From: Octopus bimaculoides
Taxonomy: Eukaryota
Assembly (NCBI RefSeq): GCF_001194135.2
Contig: NC_068992.1
Location: 52,211,287-52,275,286, forward strand
Length of the DNA stretch: 64,000 bases
Direction of reading: 5' to 3'
Part shown: piece by piece, positions 1 to 12,830 of the stretch
Position numbering within the stretch: position 1 is the stretch's first letter
Layout of the letters: each line of letters opens with the position of its first letter
Position numbers and translations under genes: made by a program
Notes under the pieces: generated by a model
What the model saw: only the letters and a program-made list of their open reading frames with translations
What the model was told of the DNA's origin: nothing
The model's database searches: none

Positions 1-38
1 TATATATATATGCATATATGTGTGTGTGTGAGTGTGTG

Positions 39-83
<45 letters not shown>

Positions 84-748
84 TCATTATATACATATAT
101 ATCCTATGAATAATGTATGTGTGTGTGTATTTACATACATATATATGACTTTCGCAGGCTTATGATAAATATGGAGACTAATCATACATAGAAAACCAGT
201 TAATAACTGAATGATATACAGGAAAAGGAAATATGCACAAATGTAAATATTTCTCAGTAAATTTCAAAAGCAAGCAAACATTACATGTTATTATTGCATA
301 ACCTTGGTCATCTCTGATCAAGCAAATTGATTAAGGCATTCCAGCCATCCACAACTATCATGCATTAATTTTTTAGATGATGTTTTTCTCAAGACAATGG
401 TACACAATATGACTTCTTTTTAAAATTGTCTTGTTGGGTCTGAAGTGGTCTGATATGAGATGGATTTGTTAGCCATTTCCAGGAGGTTGTGTAACTTCAC
501 AGCTTCTGCTTTATTTTTTCAGTGTGTGACAGACAATGAGTTTTGTATCAACAGAAATCAAAAAAATTTCAGACAAAACCATAATATTGTTTCTAAAGCC
601 ACTGAAAAAAATGTTTAGGAATAAACAACAGAGGTATATCCCTATTTAGAAATGAAAGCATTTTAGCAATAAAGAAAAATATGTATCAAACGCACATGTA
701 AAATTAATTAAATATTCAATTCTAAAAGAAAGAACAAAATGGAATGAA

Positions 749-783
<35 letters not shown>

Positions 784-2064
784 ATAGATAAATATATAGA
801 TATAAAAACAAAATCTTGGGATAGAATTAGGAATGAAAATACAAATGCAGTTCAATGGCCAGTAGAATTATTAAATACAATTATATAGTCTATGTATAGA
901 GATTCAGGAATTAATATTAAAAATCTGCATGCCAATCATGTAATTACATAATCTGCCAATATCACAATTATTGAATCAAACCAGAATAGCAATTTAAGGT
1001 TAAATGTAGACTTTTAATTCATACCAAATTAATATCAAGACCTTATGTAAATGAGAGTCTTAAAGTAACATATACCAAAGAAGACATACCAAAGATTTAT
1101 CCTTCCAACTCAGTTAAATTCAATTTCTTATTAAATCATGTTTACCGATGTTAATCAATAAATGACAATTAACCTAGTTAGTGAACGCCAATTTTAAATA
1201 TTGGCTATGTGTACCAACTTTATTTATTGGCTGTGCTATACATGTCTTATATCATATTCAAATATATTCATACTTGCACCAAATTTTAAAACAGAACTAC
1301 ATAGCTTCAGGCTATGCAATGAATTAAATTTGAAGTTATTGGGAGAAGCTGCAATTAAAATGAATTCAGTTTTACAATTTGACAGTTAACGTATGATGAA
1401 AACCTCTTTTCATATATTATAAAGACTCTTTTTTTGTCCTTTGAATTTTTTTTTTCTTTTACCTTTGTAATATTTTGGAGGAAATTGTTGTTTCAGTCGT
1501 TGAAATTGCAAGAAGTTCCAGATATATGAACATTTCATAGATTTACTGATTCATTAAACACAAAATATTGAATGTTAATTTGGACAAATGGAATATTTCT
1601 CAGTGAAATAGAACATTGCCAAATGTTTATATGTATGTGTGCAAATGGTATGTGNNNNNNNNNNNNNNNNNNNNNNNNNNNNNNNNNNNNNNNNNNNNNN
1701 NNNNNNNNNNNNNNNNNNNNNNNNNNNNNNNNNNNNNNNNNNNNNNNNNNNNNNNNNNNNNNNNNNNNNNNNNNNNNNNNNNNNNNNNNNNNNNNNNNNN
1801 NNNNNNNNNNNNNNNNNNNNNNNNNNNNNNNNNNNNNNNNNNNNNNNNNNNNNNNNNNNNNNNNNNNNNNNNNNNNNNNNNNNNNNNNNNNNNNNNNNNN
1901 NNNNNNNNNNNNNNNNNNNNNNNNNNNNNNNNNNNNNNNNNNNNNNNNNNNNNNNNNNNNNNNNNNNNNNNNNNNNNNNNNNNNNNNNNNNNNNNNNNNN
2001 NNNNNNNNNNNNNNNNNNNNNNNNNNNNNNNNNNNNNNNNNNNNNNNNNNNNNNNNNNNNNNNN

Positions 2065-2108
<44 letters not shown>

Positions 2109-2696
2109 CATATATATATATATATGCACACACACACATATCACTCTAGTATACAAACTGAAATTTGACAAGGATCATTAGGTTTATAGCATTACAAACA
2201 CTTTTCTGAATAATTAACTTAAATTTGAACAATCACTTTAAATACGAGAAAATATTTATGACACCATACAGAAATACGTAAAGACAATTTAGCAGCATGG
2301 AATAAGGACAAGAATAGTCCTTTCCATAAAAACAAAAAGGAAAAAGAGTGAGAGCTAATGGTAATAACAGTAATGATGATAAATATGCAGAGTTGCAATA
2401 ACAAATTATTCAACAAGTAGTATGTCGTTCTTTCTATTTGTTTATTACTATACGTGTTTGACTTCTGAAAATATACTTTATGTAATGCAATACACTCCTT
2501 ATTATANNNNNNNNNNNNNNNNNNNNNNNNNNNNNNNNNNNNNNNNNNNNNNNNNNNNNNNNNNNNNNNNNNNNNNNNNNNNNNNNNNNNNNNNNNNNNN
2601 NNNNNNNNNNNNNNNNNNNNNNNNNNNNNNNNNNNNNNNNNNNNNNNNNNNNNNNNNNNNNNNNNATGTGTGTATGCGTGTGTATGCATGTGTGTA

Positions 2697-2849
2697 TAGG
2701 TATAAGCATGATTGTATGGTAAGAAGTTTGCTTCCCAACCACATAGCTCCATTTTAGTCTCACCGCTATGTAGCACCTTGGGCAAGTGTATCTTAATATA
2801 GTCTTGGTCTATATTAGGATTTAGTAGATGGAAACTGAAAGAAGCCCAT

Positions 2850-2852
<3 letters not shown>
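2697..2852 (+). mobile_element. SINE family B, 5' part (degenerate)
   Basis: Matches the fuller copy at 10013-10420 (GGTAAGAAG..CCAACCACAT..GCACCTTGGGCAAGTG..GGAAACTGAAAGAAGCCC). Confidence 0.75.
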
Positions 2853-2901
<49 letters not shown>

Positions 2902-2904
2902 CTA

Positions 2905-3233
2905 AAGAACCCTTTCGATCACAAATGACCATGGAATTGCACCTACAAAGTCCTCTTCCTAAGCACAAGTCAGGGCAAGGTTGCTTATGGAAGACCAGCA
3001 GTCACCCATGCATAACTGCATCCCCTCTCCACACCACTGATGTTATCCAAGAAAAAGGCAAAGGCTGATACAGCTTTGCACCAGTGATGTTGCAACGCAT
3101 TTCTACAGCTAAGTGAACTGGTGCAACATGAAATAACAAGAACCCAACACACAGCTCAGTCCAGGAATTGAACTTACGAACCCACGATTTTAAGCCTGAT
3201 AAGTCTGATGCTCTAACCACTGAGCAATGTGCC
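2905..3233 (-). mobile_element. tRNA-derived SINE family D
   Basis: Reverse complement aligns with 37630-37972; A-box-like GCTCAGTGGTTAGAGC and B-box-like GTTCAATTCC on the minus strand. Confidence 0.75.
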
Positions 3234-3237
3234 TATA

Positions 3238-3308
<71 letters not shown>

Positions 3309-3329
3309 GTATGTATCCATATAGATAGA

Positions 3330-3360
<31 letters not shown>

Positions 3361-3748
3361 GCATATATGTGTACGAACCCACATAGTGATAAGTATTTTG
3401 TTTTTGGTATCTTGCCATACCATTTCATATTTACTCAAACCAGATTCAGTTCCAACTAACTGGCCAGTAAATAATCACATGTTGTTCTTTTGCATGCTGT
3501 AGCATTTGTTTCTGTTTTTTTTTTTTATATTCTTGTTAGAAGGTGATGGGGAGAGAGAGCAAAGCAATTTACTATGAAATCTGCTCATAGGTAATGAATT
3601 TGAAATCGAACAGTAAAAGAAAAACATTTAAATTATATAATTCTTGTCCATTATATAGAAAGTATTATTGAAAGGTACGAGGGGGTTGATTTACATTTAT
3701 AAAATCTCCCTGTATTTATATATGTGTTTATGTGGTCATGTCTTTATA

Positions 3749-3789
<41 letters not shown>

Positions 3790-4018
3790 TTGCACATGTA
3801 TGTTTTTGCATTTGTGTGTATGCTTGTAAGTGGGCACAGTTGTCCGAATGTATATATAATACTAAGGCAATCATTAATTACCAAAAAAACGCTAAGAACT
3901 GTTGTTCCATCAATAGTTTAATTAACACTCAGTTTTTCACTGTGGTATAAATTTGACATGAGTACAATTTAAAATACAGCATATCTTTATTCTTGTAATT
4001 TTTTCACTCGCGTGAAGT

Positions 4019-4420
4019 CCGACATTTTCGAATCTAACTGGATTATGTGAGCTGTGTCTTTCTCATTCCAATTCATGTTTGGTTACTACCTCAGCTCACT
4101 AGGATTCCACTTTTCATTCTTAGTTCTAAGTTTCCTCCCCTGTCATGCCCAACATTTTCAAATCCAGCCAGATCAGTTCAGCTGCATCTATCATCCAGTC
4201 AGATTAGTTGACCCATGTCTTTCACATGGCTTGGTGAATACACTTTATGTTCAGTTACTACCTCAGTTCAATACTCAACCTTCAAATGGTCCTGGTTCTA
4301 AGTCTTTTTCCTTGTGAACCTCAACAGTTTCATGCCCACCCAGATCAGTTAAGCTGTGTCTATCCCATGTCTCAGTGAATACACTCTATGTTCAGTCTAC
4401 CTCAATTCACTAGGTCCCAA
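4019..4420. repeat. Degenerate direct repeat, 3 units (starts about 4019, 4148, 4320)
   Basis: Recurring blocks CAACATTTTC, CCAGATCAGTTnAGCTG, GTGAATACACT, TTCAGTTACTACCTCA. Confidence 0.7.
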
Positions 4421-5104
4421 CTTTTCTCATATTAATACTTCACATAGGATGGACCCTATTCAATTAGTTTCTCTGCAATCACAGAGGATGTTCCAAGTTT
4501 CTCTACCATACACTGATATCCTTCTTACACAAAATTCTTGTCAACATTTACTTCTGAAAAAGAAACCATTTATTATTACAGTTCTAATCAGCCATAAACC
4601 TACAATGAACCATATCAGAATAATACTTCCTAGTCTCCAAACACATTGCAAAAATGTATTACATTCAATGGTACAACATGAACATTTATCATGGATCAAT
4701 GTGCACCAATGGTGAGATGAGGCATGCAATCCAGAGGATTATTAATTCACACTGTATATTTTTGACAATCTGCTGTATTCAGAAGCAAAAACCAAACAGT
4801 ATCTCATAAATACAACACCGAGCCATACTTGACACTTCAACAATAAAGTGTTCACTTGTAGGCTAAACTGTGTAAAATGTATCTTTTAAAGTCAACATTT
4901 TAGCGTTAGATCGTCCCATATCATAAAACATAATCCACTTTGTAAAGCAACATACTTTTATGTTATTACATCTATTGTACTTCATTGCATCCTTTTATCT
5001 TCTGCATATATCAAAATGTAAACCTGCTAAAGTGACTTTACTGACATATGTCTAATATATTAACATTTAATTCTTTTTCACCACTTATGCCAAAATAATG
5101 TGGA

Positions 5105-5340
5105 TATCATCCTTGTCATTGTTGTCGTAGCATACGTTTTTACATGGTCACATGGGTTTGATGGGATTTATTGAGGCAGATATTGTTCTACAGCTGGATG
5201 CCCTTCCTGTCATCAACCCACCCCTGTTTCCAAGTATGGTAATATTTCCCTGACCGGACATATTTCTATGGAACATTGGAAATAAAGGATACTGCTTCCA
5301 AGATGGGGCACTAGTTTACGCTATCACACGATGTAAAGGT
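5105..5340 (-). mobile_element. Diverged RTE-3'-related repeat (family A variant)
   Basis: Contains CTACAGCTGGATGCCCTTCCT shared with family A copies. Confidence 0.55.
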
Positions 5341-5527
5341 AAGGACACGAATACACACACACTTTTGAGTGTACATGTACAACCACCCATGAATACATGC
5401 ACACATATACGTGTGAGTATATGCACACATGTGTATGTGCATATGTATATGTATGTGTGTGTATATATATGTATATACACACACATACATGGTCTATACA
5501 TATATACACATATATATGTCTATATGT

Positions 5528-5847
5528 GGAGGCGCAATGGCCCAGTGGTTAGAGCAGTGGACTCGCGGTCATAGGATTGAGGTTTCGATACCCAGATCGG
5601 GCGTTGTGAGTGTTTATTGAGCGAACACACCTAAAGCTCCACGAGGCTCTGGCAGGGGATGGTGGCGAACCCTGCTGTACTCTTTCACCACAACTTTCTC
5701 TCACTCTTCTTTCCTGTTTCTGTTGTACCTGTATTTCAAAGGGTCAGCCTTGTCACACTGTGTCACACTGAATATCCCCGAGAACTACGTTAAGGGTACA
5801 CGTGTCTGTGGAGTGCTCAGCCACTTGCCCGTTAATTTGACGAGCAG
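5528..5847 (+). mobile_element. tRNA-derived SINE family E
   Basis: Head GGCGCAATGGCCCAGTGGTTAGAGCAG (A box) and GTTTCGATACC (B-box-like), followed by about 240 nt of non-tRNA body. Confidence 0.75.
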
Positions 5848-6684
5848 TTTACTGGGTACCATTTTAAATGCTGCCATCACTAGAAAAATGTCATGTTCTC
5901 GACAACATTGAAGTCCCTCCAAACTGTGTGCAAACAGTGGAGTCATTGGCATATTCAGTGTTGAAATAGGTAATAGGTACACACATTGAAGATGATATCA
6001 ACAAGATGGAACGGTAATAACAAAGGTCTATATAACCACAACAAATGAAATGAGAACAAACAAAAAAAAAAACAGTTGTTGCTCACATGAAATCTTTTCT
6101 TAATCATTATACATGTTGGTAAAATATTGTACTAATAATTTTGAATCTAACCAGTACTGATTGTGAAGGTTGCAATTTCCCATATATATTTTGCTGTGGC
6201 ATTATTTTTATTTATTTATTCTTTCTTTTATTTATTTATTTATTTATTTATATTTGGTAATGTTTGATATTTTAGAACATTATGTTATAACAGTTTGGTC
6301 ACAAAATGGTTCATTGATCTTAACCAGGAGCTAAATAGAAACATATGTGTGTAAATCTTCAATTGATGCTATTTGTAAAACATTGGTTGATATAAATAAA
6401 ACATTGCTATGCATTCTAACTCAAAAGTGTTTCATTGCCAGAAACAATAAACTATAAATACGCTAACAAATTAGAAAATAAACATTTGGAAGTTTGAACT
6501 AAAATATTTCCTAAAAGTATTGCATTTTATTCCTGAACAAAACTGTTTTGTTTATTAAACCAAATCTGTCTGAGTTGTTTACCAAGAATCAATTCTCCTC
6601 TCAACTCTAAGTGTCAAATACAAAATGATTATTGTTAGCAAAATTACAGACTGCATATTTTCTTCAGTTTTGCTTTTTTAATTT

Positions 6685-7063
6685 TAACCTTTTCAATACC
6701 AATCACTCTGAAACCAGTCTTGGTTCTGTTATATAAACTTGCTTCTTTAAAATGATCTGAATTTAACCCTTTAGCATTTAAACTGTCCATAGCCAGCCCA
6801 AATATTTTATCTGTTTTATGTTCAAACCAGCTAAATCTAATCTTTCACACCTACCCTACAATGTCATTCTAAAAATACAACAACCACATCATTGACCTCT
6901 CAAAATTACGAGATAATGCCTAATTCAAACCAATGTGAAAAATAAGCTTTACATGTGACAAAAAAATCTGAATTGTAAAAGGTTAAACTTTCCATTAAAA
7001 TTTCATGTTAATTAATGCTCCAAACATCAATTCAATCAAGACAAAGTTAGTTTACTAAATTCT
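6685..7063. mobile_element. TTAA-type (piggyBac-like) MITE family 2, interrupted
   Basis: Starts TTAA|CCTTTTCAATACC; similar to 18798-19017 in opposite orientation; interrupted at 6763-6986. Confidence 0.45.
6767..6982 (+). mobile_element. TTAA-type (piggyBac-like) MITE family 1
   Basis: TTAA at 6763-66 and 6983-86; left TIR CCCTTTAGCATT, degenerate right TIR; related pieces at 31255-31430, 34828-34983, 38800-38938. Confidence 0.7.
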
Positions 7064-7278
7064 TCATCAGTACGGACTGCCTAATTTAATTAACCATAAC
7101 CACACCTCAAAGTTGGTATATTCGATGCGGAAACCATTTCTCTGCAGAGATATTTCCGGATTTAGCACGCCAAAACGAAAACTTTTGAATCTTACCATAA
7201 ATATACTTTTTCCATTCATGGGGAGCAACTAGTATACGATTCTGAGAATTATATTTATTCGGCAGTCCATACTGATGA
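7064..7278. repeat. 215-bp segment bounded by 18-bp inverted repeats
   Basis: TCATCAGTACGGACTGCC (7064-81) versus GGCAGTCCATACTGATGA (7261-78), 1 mismatch. Confidence 0.7.
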
Positions 7279-7611
7279 GAAACAGATATTTTCGGTAAGG
7301 AAATATTAATTTCAAAACTAGTTTGTGGATAACTTTGTATGTATTTATGTAATTTTCACTTTTCTTGCCCGTATACGTTTTGTTGCTTCGCTAAATTTCC
7401 TTTGAGAACAATTCGGTCTTAGTAGACGCATTACATGTGATCTTCTTCTAGCACATTAACAGTCCACCTAGTGGTTTCCCTTATAAATACATATACAATA
7501 ATCCTTTGAGATATTTCCAGATTTAGCGTGCCAAAATGAAGACTTTTGAATCTTACCATAAATATAATTAACAGAACCGTGTGCACGTTCTTCATTTGTG
7601 GGGAACAACTA

Positions 7612-7646
<35 letters not shown>

Positions 7647-7654
7647 CATACACA

Positions 7655-7785
7655 ACTTCCAAGCAGTTTCTGTCTATCAATTTTGCTCACAAGGAATTAG
7701 TTTGCCTAGGGCTAGATGCTGTGTAGTAGGACACTAAACCCAAACTGACTTGATTGCAAAGCAAATTTCTTAATCACAGAACCGC
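7655..7785 (-). mobile_element. SINE family B fragment (old)
   Basis: CAGTTTCTGTCTATCAATTTTGCTCACAAGG resembles the reverse complement of the family B middle. Confidence 0.55.
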
Positions 7786-7855
7786 ATTTGTAATAATGTT
7801 TAATTTTCAGTTTGTGATTGAGATATTTTCTCTATTTTAATTATAGTTATTAAGA

Positions 7856-8091
7856 AGCCAGTGATCTGGCTGAATCATTAGCATGCCAGGCAAAATACCG
7901 AGTGGCATTTCATCCATCTTTACCCTGTGAGTTCAAATGTCTTCAAGGCCAACTTTGCCTCTTATCCTTTTGGGTCAATAAAATAAGTACCAGTTAATGA
8001 AATAAGTACCATTGATAAGCATTGGGGTTAATGTAATCAACTTGGCTCCACCCCCAATCTAAATTGCTGGCCTTGAGCTAAAGTTTGAAAC
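7856..8091 (+). mobile_element. SINE family C
   Basis: Head CTGGCTGAATCATTAGCA..GAGTTCAAAT, central TTTGCCT..ATCCTTT.GGGTC.ATAAAATAAGTACCAGTT shared with 40501-40985. Confidence 0.75.
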
Positions 8092-8869
8092 TAATTACAG
8101 TTGTTAACATTTTTATTATGCCAAAGAACTCAGCCTCTAGATTATACAAGAATTTATAGCAAACATTGGTATGGATTCTGCTAATCCTTCAGAAGCAAAA
8201 GTAATGAATACCTTATTAAATATTGATTAGAAAAGAGCTTATCATTGAAATCTCCTTCTGATATTTAATCATTAACTGATGACACTAACGTAATATTCAT
8301 TTCCAGTCAGAAAACATGAAATGTGTTCATAATTCTGTATATTTAACCAACTACAGGGAAAGTTATATCAAATAATGTCCTCACAACTCAAGGGCTAAGT
8401 ACAAAAAGAGTGTGAAATAATTGATGTAATGAAAGTTAAGAGTTCTTGTATTCTATCCTCTTTATCCAGCTTATTAATTTCAGCTCTTTTATGAATTTCA
8501 TAACATAGACAATAAATAAAGAAAGAATGGTGACGCTCGCTGGTATATTAAGTGAAAATATAGTTCACTGATAAAGCTAACTTTAGAACAAAAAGTGTTC
8601 TCCAGAAAGGTTTCCATGAGGAATAAATTCTTAAACAGAAAGCAAAAGCAATGTCTACTCTCTTGTATGAAGTAGGCAGAGAACTTTTGAATATAAAGTA
8701 TCTATGGTCAATCTAAGATCAGAATTCTGTTGTTATCAAGTTGACTTCAATTTATTACAAGGGTGGTATTTTATGATTACTGCTGTACTCAAGAATACCC
8801 ATAATCCACAACAGAGCTCTGGTCCTTCTGATGGTGAAAAGCACTCATGGTAGTATCGCATCAAAACAT

Positions 8870-9126
8870 ATGTTGCAATGTAAAAATTCCCTGTGCAGTG
8901 CAATGTAAATGTGCCAGTATGGTGCCTTATTAAAACGTCTGCACAGTGCCACATAAAAGCACTCTGCACCCATTATAAAGTGGTTGGCGTTAGGAAGGGC
9001 ATCCAGCTGTAGAAACCATGCAAAATCAGATTGGAGTCTAATGCAGGTCTTCGGTTTGCCAGCTCTGGCCAAACCATCCAACCCAAGCAAACATGGACAA
9101 TGGACATTAAATGATGACAATGATGA
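8870..9126 (+). mobile_element. RTE LINE 3' UTR copy (family A), 5'-truncated
   Basis: GTGGTTGGCGTTAGGAAGGGCATCCAGCTGTAGAAACC, degenerate (GAT)n tail; same 3' end as 30590-30993. Confidence 0.75.
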
Positions 9127-10012
9127 TATGTATGTATATATATGTGTGTGTGTGTCTGTGTATATGTGTGCGCATGTGTTTGTGTGTGTGTGTGTGTATG
9201 TATATACACCCATAAACAGTCACATATACATATATATTCCCTCATACATAGAGTCCATAACATTTTAGTTAGTTCATTTCAGTTTGCAATATATAGAAAC
9301 ATATTATTTCACTAATAACTGTAATGACTATATTTATAATTTGACAGTAATTGCCTCAAGCAATTGTTACTCCTTTGTTAAATGCAGTCAGCCCATTGTC
9401 TACATCAAATTTCTTATCTCTGCAACTAAGCTTGTTTGTTAATATTTTTTATGACCTTTGAGAAATTTACAAACATACAAGAATTTACAATTTACAATGA
9501 AACCTCTCTCTCACTCTCTCTTTGCCTCTTTTTCTTGAGCTAATATGTTATCTTTACAAAGTCATAATCAGTGATATTCATCAACAAGTAATCAAAGAGT
9601 AATATGAGCATAAAATTCAGCAGAAGATGATATCAGAGCTGTTCAATTCATGCCATTACTGAATTTCCATTAAGAAATCCAAATCAGATCTCAAATCAAA
9701 TCGGCAAGAACTCACTACTGGTCCCCAACATTATATTTATGTATGTTCACCCAACACATAATGCACGTTAAAAAACATTGTATATTTATAATTTGACAAA
9801 TATGTCTTAATCAAAAACAAGTTAATGAATGAAATATTTCATTGCAATGCCATGGAAGGATTTAGTCTGGTGTCTCTGCTTTGGAAGTAGATTCTTCTTT
9901 TCTGCACTTTGGGTTCAAATTTTGTTGCTGTCATCTATACTTCTCATCCATAGATCAATAGAATATATCAGTCCTGAGCAGGGGAGGGAGCCAGAAGAAA
10001 GACAACTAAGCC

Positions 10013-10188
10013 GTAGGAGTGGTTGTCTGGTAAGTAGCTTGCATACCAGCCACATGGTTCCGGGTTCAGTCCCACTGCGTGGCACCTTGGGCAAGTGTCT
10101 TCTACTATAGCCTCGGGCCGACCAAAGCCTTGTGAGTGGATTTGGTAGACAGAAACTGAAAGAAGCCCATCGTATATATGTATATATG

Positions 10189-10225
<37 letters not shown>

Positions 10226-10420
10226 TTGTTTCCCCAACATCGCTTGACAACCGATGCTGGTGTGTTTATGTCCCTGTAACTTAGCGGTTCAGCAAAAGAG
10301 ACTGATAGAATAAGTACTAGGCTTACAAAGAATAAGTCCTGGGGTCGATTTGTTCGACTAAAGGCAGTGCTCCAGCATGGCCACAGTCAAATGACTGAAA
10401 CAAGTAAAAGAGTAAAAGAA
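10013..10420 (+). mobile_element. SINE family B, near full length, with internal (TA/TG)n microsatellite
   Basis: tRNA-like head (GGTTCAGTCCC B-box-like), GGCACCTTGGGCAAGTGTCTT, internal microsatellite, 3' GTAAAAGAGTAAAAG; more than 10 related pieces in the window. Confidence 0.85.
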
Positions 10421-11064
10421 TATCAAACTGAATGCTTTGTGAACTTTTCCTTCTGAGTCCAAATTCTGTCATGGCCTGCTTTTGAGGTAGACATATTCTA
10501 TCATTTTGGTTTAAACCACTAACCAGCATCTTTAATGCTTCTTATGGAAATTACTCTGTTGCAAGCATTTGGACCTAATTTCTGATTCGAAAATGTTTTC
10601 CTCCCTCCTTATCACTAATCTCATAGACCCCCATAAAATACCACGGACATTGCTTTCTGTTCTGTTTCTGTTATTCACAGAATATTTCTGATGAGAATAC
10701 ACGCAGATAAAATCCCTGCTCAGATATCTTTATAAAAGACAAAAATCAATTGTTCTGAATTATGATTACTAAATTAAAACTTCAGACAAACCTAGAAAAG
10801 TGAATGTCATGTAGATAATTCCATCTGATAAAGACAATACACAAGACCCATCCAACCGATGCCAACATAAGGAAAAGCAATGACGGAGTTAATCTGATAG
10901 CTGCCAGCATATTATGCTTAGTAAACTGTCAAAAGTCTGGCATGAAAATATACAGTTATTCTCTATTTGGAGTTGAGATTTTGCTTGGCTTATCTTTTTG
11001 ACTTTTATCTGACATAACAGAGAGAGTAAATCAATGATACAAATACAAAATATGGAAATGAATA

Positions 11065-11105
<41 letters not shown>

Positions 11106-11969
11106 TGTATATGTAGTTTTTTTTTTCATTTGTTTGTTTGTTTGTTTCTGTTTCTACTGATACCAAACATACCCTGTTCTTTTCATCTTCCTCCTTCCTT
11201 ATTTCCTTCCTTCCCTTCCATNNNNNNNNNNNNNNNNNNNNNNNNNNNNNNNNNNNNNNNNNNNNNNNNNNNNNNNNNNNNNNNNNNNNNNNNNNNNNNN
11301 NNNNNNNNNNNNNNNNNNNNNNNNNNNNNNNNNNNNNNNNNNNNNNNNNNNNNNNNNNNNNNNNNNNNNNNNNNNNNNNNNNNNNNNNNNNNNNNNNNNN
11401 NNNNNNNNNNNNNNNNNNNNNNNNNNNNNNNNNNNNNNNNNNNNNNNNNNNNNNNNNNNNNNNNNNNNNNNNNNNNNNNNNNNNNNNNNNNNNNNNNNNN
11501 NNNNNNNNNNNNNNNNNNNNNNNNNNNNNNNNNNNNNNNNNNNNNNNNNNNNNNNNNNNNNNNNNNNNNNNNNNNNNNNNNNNNNNNNNNNNNNNNNNNN
11601 NNNNNNNNNNNNNNNNNNNNNNNNNNNNNNNNNNNNNNNNNNNNNNNNNNNNNNNNNNNNNNNNNNNNNNNNNNNNNNNNNNNNNNNNNNNNNNNNNNNN
11701 NNNNNNNNNCATCATCATCATGTTCATCATTATCGTTATCATCATTTTTCATGTGCAACTTAAAAAAACAAAAGAGACAAAAACTAGGATTGTTTCATAA
11801 AAAAAAAAAAACAAATGGAAACAAAGAAAATTTCCTGATTGTCTCTTAACAACCGATCCTCTTGTAAATCAAATAATTTACGTGATTTCAGACAAAATGA
11901 ATAAAAAAAATGTTTTTGGTCCCCAAAAAAACCTTTCTTGGAAAGTATTTATCACTAGTGACTCTAGAT

Positions 11970-12106
11970 GCAGGTATGGCTGTGTGGTTAGGAAGTTTGA
12001 GTTGCAGCCATACGATTCTGGGTTCCGTCCCACCGCATGGCACCTTGGGCAAGTGTTTTCCCAGGGTGACCAAAAATCTTGTGAGTAAATTTGGGAAATG
12101 GAAACT
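11970..12106 (+). mobile_element. SINE family B, 5' half
   Basis: GGCTGTGTGGTTAG..GGCACCTTGGGCAAGTGT..GGAAACT. Confidence 0.8.
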
Positions 12107-12430
12107 CATCATCATTTAATGTCTGCATTCCATGCTGGCATAGGTGGAACGGTTTGATTGGAGCTGGCTGAGCAGAGGACTGCACCAGATGTCTGTGACT
12201 ATTTTGGCATGGTGTTCATGATCAGATGCCATTCCTAGCACCAACCACCCTGCAAAGTGGACTGAGCACTTTGTACGTGGCACCAGCAAAAGCAAGGTCT
12301 GTTTTGGCAATGCTTCTACAGCTGGATGCCCTCCCAAATGCCAACAACTTTGCAATGTGGACTGGATGCTTTTTATGTGGCACCAGCACTATCAGGGTCA
12401 CTAAGTAACCTGCAACACAAAGAACCTTTG
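12107..12430 (-). mobile_element. RTE 3' UTR copy (family A)
   Basis: CATCATCATTTAATGTCTGCATTCCATGCT end; CTACAGCTGGATGCCCTCCC. Confidence 0.75.
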
Positions 12431-12559
12431 AAAAGGGAAATATAATTTCTGCTTTTTATCTTGTAAGCAAATCATAATATCCTGAGAATGGTTTTAAACT
12501 GCATCAAATGCCAGGGTCTAAGTTTAGCTGTTGAGATGAATGGAATTACCTCTTAAGTG

Positions 12560-12830
12560 AAACTACTTCCATGACAGTTCTGATCCAGAAGAGTAGGCAC
12601 CTGTAGGGATTGCCAAATTGGTTGCCATTAAGAAATCATTGGGACCCTTCATAGTATTCTGGAACTGACAGTAACCAAGAATTAACTGCAGTTATATACT
12701 GACTTCTGTCCAATAGGAGGAATCTGAAATTTTAAATTCTTTTTGTATGGAACAACACTCAACAAAGAGAAGATGCAGACTGGATGACAAATATCAAAGA
12801 ATAAAGAACCATTTCCAAACTGGAAAGGCA
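12560..12830 (+). pseudogene. Possible highly decayed LINE reverse-transcriptase fragment
   Basis: Manual translation MTVLIQKSR..PNWLPL resembles the RT-upstream motif TVLIQK..NYRPI; stops and frameshifts. Confidence 0.25.

Noticed and set aside
4019-4360. Minus-strand CTGATCT..GAAA..TY motif in each unit, suggesting a retrozyme-like tandem array
   Set aside because: Core lacks G8/A9 in all units and stem II is poor; not a supportable hammerhead
5528-5600. tRNA-like heads (also 37630, 17820, 10013)
   Set aside because: No complete cloverleaf; each continues into a multicopy SINE body
8270-8330. CTGATGA..GAAA match (also 30421-30460)
   Set aside because: Stems I and II do not pair; expected chance matches in AT-rich DNA
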